This document shows, one piece after another, positions 26,731 to 38,700 of a stretch of 64,000 nucleotides of DNA (positions are counted from its first letter, which is position 1; each line of letters starts with the position of its first letter). The DNA is from Chrysomallon squamiferum. Taxonomy: Eukaryota; Animalia; Mollusca. Both the position numbers and the translations under genes were made by a program. The notes beneath the pieces are model-generated. The model had not been told where the DNA came from. It saw nothing but the letters and a program-made list of their open reading frames with translations, and made no database searches. The stretch is taken from assembly GCA_012295275.1 (NCBI GenBank), contig CM022670.1, forward strand, positions 22,258,001-22,322,000. The letters are read 5' to 3'.

Positions 26731-29700
26731 TTTTTTAATTTTTATATTTTTTTATTTCCAGAAGCCTGCCACACTTAGATAAAAAAGTATGCATAGTGAC
26801 AATTATTGGCAAAAACCAACTGAATGGGTTTACTACAAAAGCTTCCATTTTGAATCCAGTGCTGGACAGAGATGTCTTTCTTGTAAGCTTATGTTTTTAG
26901 TTTATATTCTGAAAAAAAAAATTAAAAATAGGCAAGTGAAAGAAAAAGTTACAAAGAGCCTTTAAAAATCGGTCTCTTAATTTCACAGATTGATTGAAAT
27001 AAGTCAGATGAAAGAAAATGTAGATAATATTTTTGAAGGTATCAGCAAAATAGTTTGAAATATGTATGTATGGGTGTGTATATGGAAATATGTTTACTGA
27101 TAAATAAAACATAAAAAAAACATACATTACACAAAGTACATACAATAAACCAGAAATAAATTCCAAATATATGAATTTTCTGATCTCCAAACTTGGAGGA
27201 ACACAATCAGTCTGCTGAAACGTTAATAGCTGTACAGACTCATTGTTTTACAGTTGGTGGGATTGTTACCAACTGCTGAGGCAGTATATTTCTGATTTCC
27301 CTATGACCAGTAAAGATAGTTTACCAGAGCCTGACATGTTGGCAGTCACAAAGACAGTTAGTCTTTCTTTGCTTTTTTTTCTGTCCATGAAATCTACATC
27401 TTTAAAATCTAACAGTTTATCAGGAAGGAGTCAATAAAATATTCCTGCTTCGTCTACATTGTAATTGTAATAGCTCATATTATTTAACCTTATCACTGGA
27501 ACCTTTAGCCATGAATAGCTTGTCAATATGTTTAACTTTATTGTCTATAGGAAACAAAGATTTTGGACAGAACTGGCTCTCATTTGTAGAACATTTATAT
27601 TTCTTTGAAAGAAACATGCACAGCTTAAGGGATTCCCTTATTAGTATTGTTCGGATGTTTTATCATCTTACTTCAGCGACCATGCCCATTTGAAATACAC
27701 TTTATGATGTTAAACATAATCTATGTGTGTGAGAAGATTAAATTTTCATAATCTCCTTTTCATTTTCATATCAAATAATCAACACAGCATTCAAGATGTT
27801 TTGTATCTGCCCAGGATGTAATATTGACAGTTAGTTTCTTTTTGGATTGAGCTGCTGCTGGAATCTTTTTGGCAGTTCCTTGCAAAATTTAGCTTCCTGT
27901 TATGTCTCATCACATTTTATATTCAGTCTTCTCCAAAACAGTGTGTGTGTGTGTGTGTGTGTGTGTCTGATCTTCAGTAACTATGTTGTTACATCACATG
28001 ATAATAGTGAATCAAACAAATGACACTTAAGAACACAGTTCTGTAAAATGACTGGGAATTTATGCCATTTTTTTAACTGACTGACTGAATCGGGCATTTT
28101 ACATATTGCCTGATTGACTGTTAATATTTTTTGTGTGGGTGTGTGACATAACTTTAATAAAACTTTCGTTGCTGTTTTTTTTTCTGTTTTTAATTAAATC
28201 TGCGCAGTTGTAATTATGTCTCTTTTTTTTTTTTTTTCTTTTTTTTTTGGCTTATTAAGTTTTCAAAAGATCTTAGTTGTTTGCTTAAATATATATACTT
28301 TAATATTTTGATTTGTTTGTTTCCAGGGCACAGAAAGTTATCTAGGAAAACAAATAGACAGGGTAAGGCATTCAGTGTTTAATTAACTTCACATTTTTAT
28401 TTTTCCAGAAAATGATATTTCAGGACAACAGTTAATAGCAGTTATTTATAATAATGAATATTTCGTTGTTTTTTAGTCTTATTTTATTTTTCTTTTGTGG
28501 TTTTATTTCTTCTTCTTCTTCATAAGTTCTTACCAATAAATATGTAGATTAGTTTTATAATTATTTTTTAAATAACCTGACTTTGTTACACTTGCAGGGT
28601 GAAATAGAGTGTTTCTATGATACTGATTCACAGGTCATATACTTACACTACCAGTCATTATCAGATGCCAGTAGACTTGCTAACAAATGTAAAGAGCTGA
28701 TTGACAAATCAATGGTAATCTGTTCTTTTTTCATTTCTTATTCAGCTTTAACATTAGAATCACATTATCATTATTTGTTCATTATTTCTGTCTTTTTATT
28801 GCGTCTGTTTCCTTGATTTATATTATTTATAATTATAGTTTCATAATTATATGTTATCAAAAATAATATTGATAGAATTTATTTTATGTAGGCTAAATTT
28901 CTTCAACTAGAAGATAATGCATTGTAATATGTAATAATTATATATAAGGAAACATTGTGTTAAAAAAATTAAAGTTATTGTTAATAAGTAAACATACCTG
29001 AATGAGATACACCTTGTATCTGAGTGAAAAACTGGAAAAAATTATTTCATATTTAAAAAAATTATAATACTTTCTAATACACATATACTTGTATGAATGT
29101 TTATATATTAATTCAGAATGTGTCATTATTTTAAAAATGATTTTTGTTTATTTAGGATCTGATTTCCCTGTGGCAAGATGAAGACTTCACATATGCCAAA
29201 AATCTACTGTTTCTCTTTTGTGTCTCACATATTGTTCTTGTGAGTTTAATTTTAACATTTATTTTTATCTTATACAAATGCTTCATATTTTATCAAATAT
29301 ATTTTAAGATTTGCATTTCCTAATGCATCTAGAAAAAAATTAAAGTTTGTAAAATGAAATGGTTGTATGTATTGAAATTTATATGTGGTTTTACTAGAAA
29401 TTTACTTGAGACATTTAGAAATACATTTGGTATCATTCTTATAGTATTTTATTTGTTGCTTCACTCAAAGCTTTACTACTAAGTAAGAATGATCAAAAAA
29501 AAAAAAAAAAAATGGAAGGCAATCCAACCCATAATTTGACTGCTTAATCTGCCAATAAAATCAGCTTTCAATTACAAATCAAGTTAATGTTGAACAAGTT
29601 CTGTTCATTTCCCCATAAGCATGTTTGATAAGTTTTGTGTTTCCCATGATAAATATTATCAGGTTGTTTACATTACTTCACTTTTCAGACATAACAAACA

Positions 29701-32700
29701 GCATAATTCCTGCCATAATATGTTGTTTGGCATTTCCTCCATATTTGAGTGAGCAGCATCTTTATTATTTTCCTAATTGCAGCCAATAACATTTTCAATT
29801 ACAGATAAATTTATGTGCACAAAAATAACAAATAATGTGTATTTTAACTGCATTTTCTTTTATTTTATTTTTTTAAACTAATCATGTCTGTTAAAATGTA
29901 TCTGTTTTGCTGAAGTTGAAGTATCCATTTGTTAGGTCTTTTTCAATCTTCATAAATTGCCTTGGCTAAATAATTACTCCAGATATTAAGTAGTGGAGAA
30001 ATTTAATTTAAAATTTAATTTGTTTTCCTTTTTAATTTCAGCTGTCACATCCAGGTAGCACATTCGATATTTCTTACGTAAAGCTTTTTAGAACACTGGA
30101 CACTATCAGGTATGTGCTTTCAATTGTGTTGATTAAATTAATCTGTATTAATAATATTCTTTATTATAATTTATTTATTTATTAAGTGAAAATTGAAAAA
30201 ATTAAAATTCATTACTGTATATTGTTAACCACAGGACCAAATTGCAGCCATTTATGACTGATGCTCTTCATGGTCTTCCTATACCCAAAGACTGGCTGGA
30301 TGGTGCTCGACCCTGCTCTCCACGTGTTCTTTTCATCTTTGACACACCAACAGTGGATGTCAGCCACGATGAAGGTGACTCTCTAGGACTGTGTCGATCA
30401 CGCTCACAGGTAGCTTGAAGTTAACAGTTATGTGTGTTTTTATTAGTGGCCGAGTTAGCTAGAATGCTGAACATTAACTGGCAAAACTTGTTTCAGTGAT
30501 AATAATGACAGACATTAAAATACATTAAAATATATTGTTACCATTCAAAAATATATAAATCATTTTAATAACTATTGATTTTGATTTATTAGAAGTAGTA
30601 AATATCAGTTGTATAACACACAGATTCATTACTGATTATTGACTAAGATTTATTAAAAGTATTAACCTTGAATATTTCTCCTTTATTGTGAAATTACTTC
30701 AAAACATGAACAAAAGAGACTTATTTGATAACAGAATAATACAGAATACATCATAAATATTTTATGTTTTTTTTTTTGTTACATAAACAAAACAGACCTA
30801 TTTGATAGAAGAACAGTTCAAAATAAATATTATAATCCAATGTTACTTCATCAATAATCAGATAAACATTTTTCTTTAATTACAAACTTGGGATATTCTG
30901 TCTTGCACTAATGTAATGACTGTATAATAAAATATCTTTGGAGCACCTCTGTTAAGCAATAAATTTAACATGTAAATTACAAACATACAAAATAACAGTT
31001 CCAAATACAGGGTTTTCAGCAATTCTACCAGTCTTATATTCTTTCAACATGTGATTTTTCATAGTCAGAATTTTTTAATTTTATAGATGAATTTTATTGT
31101 GTGTTAGTTATTCAACACACTGGTGAAGATACAAGATTCAGATTTTTAATGTGAAAAGAGATAAGATTATGATTGGTTTTTTTTTTGGTTTTTTTTGTTG
31201 TTGTTGTTTTTATCAGAGGACACCACCCATCAAAAAACTTCAGCACAATTTAGAAGATCAGATCTATCGAATATTTCGAAAGTCTCGGATCATAACAAAC
31301 ATCAGGTGAGATTAACATGTTAAATTAATATGAAACTATTTATTATGTTATTTAAACTAAAATGAACAGAATCTTCTTTACTTTTTAACATGTTTAACAA
31401 TGTTTACATAATTAAAATCACAATATCCTTTTTGTAGATTTTTTAAAAACTACATCTTATTAAAATTGTCACATTATAAATTCAAACAATCACATTATAA
31501 ATTCTTCCAAATAAGACACCTTCATTTGTAAACCAGTTATTTTTTAGCATCAGTATTTGTCAAGCAAATCAAAATTCCGAATTTGTTGCTGTTTTCAGAC
31601 TAAACACATTATAACTGTATTTCAGGTTTAGAGTTCTTATTTTAAATTTTTCTCTATGAAAAGAGGCTTGTATAACATCAGTTGCTTCTAGTTTCACTAT
31701 TAAATTCCAAACACAAAACTTTATTTAGACAGCCTGTTTCCTGAGAGTTGCTTATTATAGGATAAGAATCCAGAGTTCTTCTGTTCACATCACTGTCACC
31801 GTTAACAATAAGTTTGATGTTGTTCTTGATTTTTTCATAGTAAAGAAAGTACATGTTCTGAACGCCCAGTGCTGCACACTTTGTCTGAGCCATCAAACTG
31901 ACACGACCACTGTATCCAGCAAGAGATTCTGCCATCATCTTGTTGCTGATGTTGTTAATGTAGTCATCTGAAAATAATAATTTAATAACTAAAGATAGAT
32001 TTAAATATTTCTGTGAAAGTTAATATCAGTAATGGTGATAATTAAATATTTAAATATTCCTCTGAAGGTAAAAATTAGTAACTATGCCAATTGAATATTT
32101 AAATAATTTTCTGAAATAATTAATAACTAAAAGACATATTTAAATATTTATTTGAAAGTAAACGTTAGTAACTATAGTAATTAATATTTAAACAATCTTA
32201 TGAAATAATTAGTAATTAAAAACATATTTAAAGATTTATTTGAAGGTAAAAATTAGTAACTGTAGTTTCTAAATATTTAAATAATCTTCTGAAATAATAA
32301 AGTAATAACTAAAGATATCTTTTAATATTTATCTGAGAGTTAAAATTAGTCAATGTACTAACTAAATAATTAATTAGTATTCTGAAAACAATAAATTAAT
32401 TTATCAATAATGGAATATTCATTAAAAAAAAAAAATGTAATTAGTAAATGTGACTGGCTGACTATGAAGAGGAGAACTTTTCCCCAAGCACTGTATTATT
32501 AACACATGATTATCAAAATATCTAACTAGCTTGTCTGTCATTTCTCATTATATTTTCACTAATTATCACCATGTTAATTAGTACCAAGACTAGAACATAA
32601 AAAACCCTCTCAACCATAATATGAAAGTTGATTTGAAAATATTTAATTAATGTCAGTACTAATTTAAAATTAAATATTTGAATATTCCTCTGAAAATAAT

Positions 32701-35700
32701 AAAAATAAAAATAACTATTTATCAGGATAAGATAAGAAAGATCCAAATATAACATTACCAGTGAATACTAAATTTATTTATTATTAAATTTAATTTTAAA
32801 ATACAACATACCTAGATTATCAATTATGTCTGTTGTTATTTTGTACAGTTTCAGAAGTTTGTGAAGTTGGATTGAGAATTCACTTGGTTCAAAATTCATC
32901 ATAAAAATGTTTATCAGTTCCAAATCTGCCATAAAACCTCCTTCCTTCAGTCCTCAGAGTGAAAATAAAGAATAGCTGCTACAGAACATTCTCCTTCAAA
33001 TACCAGAAACAAACACAAATAAACTTTCTTCACAAAGAAAAGTAGACTCCATGATTTTCATCTGCTACCACAACATCTAAATTAAATTACATTGAAGACT
33101 GAGCTGAAGTAATGAATAGAGTGAAAAATGTTATTTAAACCTTTTAACATTTAAATGATCAGTTTTGCTAGACAAGCACCAATTTACTGGATCAGAAATT
33201 ACATCTCCTTAAAGTAATTCAATAAAAGAGATTCCAGCATAAGACCATTAATTTTCCTGGACTGAGTGCAGTATTTTCTGTTCATTCTAATTTAATGTTC
33301 ATTAAGCTCCTAACTGTTTTCATTAACAATACAGAGAATGTCACACCATCTGCTCAAGTTGATAAAGTAATTAACAGCTTTCATTATTTTCCTTTTATAG
33401 TGGTGGTGTTACAGTAATTAGTTTGTTTTAATAAGAAAGTTCCAGAGATTAAAAGAGACTGATTTAGCTTTGTTTGTTTCACAGTTTGAGTAACTGATCC
33501 TTTGTTGATCACAGCCTTTTGGTGTTTTAGTGTTTTCTTGCTGTGAGTTAGGAATTCAAGCTAAAACAGTAACTCTTACTGATTAGTTTTCCATCTGTTA
33601 AGAAAATAAATTTTTCTTTTACAGACACAGTATTATTTTTTTTTTTTTCTTGTTATTTCATTTAGTCTTAATTACAGATGTACATAAAAATCAAACATAT
33701 TTTTCATTTAACATATGATGATGAATTAAATGTTTTCTTTTTCTTTCTTTCTTTCTTAATAGATGATGATGTTTTTATTATAGCAATATTTAAAAAATAT
33801 ATCATTATATATATTAAAAATATGAATATATAGATAATGTAGTTTATCTTATATTGATAAAATCTGTGATCATATTTATTTAAAACAATGTTTTATGCTG
33901 TATTTTTTAATTTTTTTAAATATTTTAGTTTTTCTAAATATCTTTTTGGGACACTGCCATATATTTTTACACAGTTATAATTTAAACTAAACAGATTTAT
34001 TAATGTATTTATGTATTTATATCTTATGAAATCTTACAGCTGGTGTAATTATGTTCTGAAGTGTTGTCAAAAATGTATCCTTCTTCTTTTTCTAATCTTC
34101 TTTTTCTTGTTCCTCTTATTACTGTAGGACATAATTCCTTTTGACATAATAATGCATGCTCAGAGTGCACAATATTTTATTTTCCTAACTCAGATCTTTT
34201 TCTAACCAAGATATACAAGAGCTCCCATGGGAGCTCTGCCTCTACTGCCTTATTGGTGCAATATGTTAATAATACACATAACCATCAGGTACTGTCAGGT
34301 GCTTATTTATGGCTAAGTGAACAACAATAGTCACCATATGACAGCATTGCAGCTCCAAGGCCTTGAACTTGCAGTCCTTCATTGTTCTAACAGTTGCACC
34401 ATCATAATAATTAATAATTTGATGGATTTCCTGTTGTTGATTTTTTTAATGTTACTTAACTGTTTTAAACAATTAATATTATTTTGCAGTAATAATTCAC
34501 TGTTTGCTGTCCCAGCCAACCAGGAGTTTGTTTTTGTGAATAGTCGCAGTTCTGAGGTTGCAGATCCAGTGGGAATGTATCTTCAGCAGTTGAAGAGTTA
34601 CAGTGTCAATGGCAAAGATTCGGGTATGCTCAACATTGTCTGTTTATTGTTTACTTAACCATTCAGGGCTTGCATGGGTTTGACAGACCCAAACACATTT
34701 TTATTTTTATTTCATTTCTTTTTGAAAGAATTGTGTGGTGCTGTTGCAATTTCCTATACCTTAATAATAATAAATGTTCTATGATATGTCTTTTCTTTAT
34801 TTTTAAACAAATAACCCACATAAATTTAAAAAAAAAAAAATAATAATAATAATAATAGTAATAATAATAATAATAATAATAACAATAATAATAAAAAGTG
34901 GCCCTGTGAGACCCAGTGTAATTATTCCAGTATGAAAAATAGTGTGAGCCCTAAAAAGACTTAAATTAACAAAGAAATGTACTTTAACTTCAAATTCAGA
35001 AGTGTGGGTTGAAGTGTGAGGATCAGGCCTTCACTGTTTGTTGTTTGTGTTTTTTAGTGTTTAGATCAGTGTTGTAGCTAATTCACAATAAGTAGAAGTT
35101 TCCTCATTCATTACACAAACAAACATATAACCATGTATAGAAATTACATTCATTCATTTAAAACAGTATGCATATCCTATCATAAAATTACCAATCATAG
35201 AATTGTGGAAACTGAAAATAATGTTAATTATGATAAAACATAAATTACAGACAATACTAAGAATTAAACAAATCTTTTCAGATTCTCCAAAAAGTAGAAG
35301 TTATCTTACAAGTCGAAGACAAAATCATGGAAACTCGGCATCAGGTGATGGGCCAAGGTCACCACTGTCAGCAAGGTCATCTGAACAGAGTTTTAAAGAG
35401 TTTCTTCTTCAGCACATTGAGCTGGCTTTTAGTAAAGGTTTTGATGACAATGTTGGAAGACATCATCTACGTTCAGTTTTTGAGGTAAAAATGTTTAACT
35501 TTCCTGTATTTAAGTTACTGTTGTTATATTTTTAATGACAGTATTTTTTTTTTAAATTACTCTTTTACTATTGCTGTAACATTATTAGTCTTCTGATCTT
35601 TGATTAATTATTAAGTGATGTTTATTATTCTGCTCATTATATTCTGTATATATATTACAAACTAACATAGTTGGGGCAGTTTCTTTTTTATTATTTATGG

Positions 35701-38700
35701 AAAAACTTTACTTTTCAAATATTATAATGTCCTAAATCATTACATTATAAAATATTCAGTTAGACTGGAATCTGAATATTTCTTTTACAGATGGCATCTT
35801 GTGAGGTGTGGTTTTCTGTGGCTACAACTCTACACAAATTTTTCTTCACTGATAATCCAGAGGGCAAAGTTCTGAGTCATTTTAACTTACTTGGATCTCT
35901 AATCAGTACAGATGTCCGATTTTCAGAGACGTAAGTTTACATCACTTGTACTTATAAGCTGTGAACAAATATTGTGAATGCATTTTTCATGTACCCAAGT
36001 GTACCTTTTTTTTTGTTTTGTTTATCATTACCATGAGTAAACTTTTGTCAGTGTGCCTCTAAATATCATCCTACTGTGTTGTTCAGATTTCTGTGTTTCA
36101 GTAATAGAGAAGTTGCAAGATGCAGATATAAACAAACTAAAAATACTAATCAAGAAACAACATCCATGTCATAACCCAATTAAAGTGCAAAGAATACAAC
36201 ATCACACTCTGCTTGACTTTCATTGACTTCGTGAAGGCTTTTGTCTCAGTGCACACTCAAACAGTACTGAAATATTCGACAAGTGTTAACAAAATTATTT
36301 TTTAATTTCAGGCGCTGTAGCAAGTGTTTACCTTATGCTGAAAGTGCTTACCAGCAGGATTTACCACAGCATTACATCACCAAATACCATTTATCAAAGG
36401 TTCTTTTAAGTTCTTGCCTACTTCACAGTCACTTTATATACGTTTTTAAACACTTTAGTACAAGCAGGATTAACATGTTTTGTGATTTATCAGTATGAAG
36501 TTGTTTTATGATTTTCTGCTAGTTAAAATCTATTAATGTTAAATTCATTTTTGTTTCTTCATCCTTTCTTTTTTTTTTCCTTGATATGTAAATGTTAGAG
36601 ACCACTAAAATCTTTGCCACATCCTGATATTCCATATCCTTCACGCTAAACACCATTCCAAATGTATTCTCTGATTTCCATCAGTTAATTCAGTTGTGAC
36701 TGTCATAATTTCTATGAAACACCAAGCCAGTGATAATATCATTTATATATATATATGATAATTGCAATTACTTGTGACATATTATAATTCATTATCTCAG
36801 GGAGTGTGTTTAGTTTTTCCAGGTGTATATTTTTACTTGGTTTTCAGCTGGCTCAGGCCAAGCTTGTATTTGCTCAGTATGCTCGAGGTCCTGCGTATGA
36901 GAAGTATCTGAAACAGCTGACAGAATCATGTGAGAAGTGGTGGAAGTCAGGTCACCAGCAGTGTGAGGAGACAAGTCTCACTGGAAACCTCTGTCTTAAC
37001 CCTGTAAGTCATTAACTCTTCGCTCTTAGTGTGGGATGTGATAGGAATCTGCTGACTGTGTGGTGAGTTGTCAGATCGGTACCTGGTCACTGACTCACAG
37101 AGGCATCCAGGCATCCACTGTTGTTGTAACTAAGGCAATGCACATTAAAGATGTCTTGCTGTAATTTGAAAAGAGTGAGACATTAAGTCCTAACCATATG
37201 TCTGACAGTACATAACCGTAATTAAGGTTGTTCATTCTCAGTGGTTTAGATTTTTTTTTTAAATATATATATATATATATATTATAATTAAAAATGTGTA
37301 GAATATACAGTTTAAAATTTCTTTATCAATATATATCTTTATATATGTCATATAATTTTGATCAGTTATTAAAAGTTGTTAATATTTAATTACATATGCT
37401 GAGAAATAAGAATACAGTGGAATGTATAATTTAAAAAATATAAGCTGCAGAACTTATTTAATTAGCATCTTCAAATAAATTTCCAAAACATTGGATACTG
37501 GTTTCAGCATAATAGATAATATTTAATTAGACATACATTTATAAAAATAATTTGTTTCTCTCTTCTAGCTACATCGTTTAAGTGAGGATTCTGAAAATGA
37601 TGAAAACTCTCATCTTCCAGTAATGCCTCACTCAAGTCAGATCAAGACAAAAGCAGCATGTAATTGTGGACAGAAACAAGCTGACAAAGATGATCCATTT
37701 GATCACAAAGTATTTTATAATCTTACAGTTTTAACTTTTTCAAAAACAAACCTAAAACAATGTAAGATGTTTTATTTAGGAAAAAATGCAATATCAAATT
37801 AATGCCAGTGATCTCCCTTTGAAACTCCCTTTTTTATTTTCTGTATGGAACTGATTCACAAATTCAGGGACTGAAATTATTTTTGAAATACACAGATTTA
37901 CCAGTAAAACTTTGTTTTTATTTTTTTCAGTCCAAAGCTTAAGTACAGTTCTGAAATTCATTTTGCTTAAATTGTATTAATGCTCAGATACTTTTTTTTA
38001 TTATTATTATTTTTTTTTAGTATGCAAATTTTGGATTCTACCAGGCTTTAGAAGAGACTTGTTGTGGAAAACTACAACACATAGATTTTCCTGTATTTAA
38101 CCCTAGTACCAGTGAGGTGCGAGCTGGACAAATTTCCTCAACACCCCACACCAAGTTGTCAAGTAGAGACACCATCAAACTGGATATTGTTGGCCCTGTA
38201 ACATCCAGCCTTAGTCTGGCACTCAGTCTTGGTTTGTTTCTAATTTTTTCTTATTTAGCCATTTTATGTATTTTGGAAAAATGTAAAATAGACAATTGGT
38301 AATGTTTTTTATATGTGAAAGTGCATAAGATATGTTTTAATTGAATCTTTATATATATTTTATTTTTTTATGTGAACTTGTTAATTATTGTCCTTATGGT
38401 CCTGTTTACTTATATTTGGAAGATATTTAAAACTGTTTAGTGTTCAGCCAAAATATTTATCTGCTTCTTAATCTTATATTTATTTGAGTTTAGCATTAAT
38501 ATAACATCAATAAAATAGTTTTACAAGTCTTTGAATCTAATTCAGATTATATTTAACATTCTTTTACGTAAACACTCGTGATTATATTTGTCTTCATGCA
38601 ACCTCAGCACATCATCTATTCATCAAAACAAATATCTGACTGGCTGAGACAGAGAGTTAACATTTTAAATTGTGTTTTCTAGGACAGTCAGGGGGCAGTG

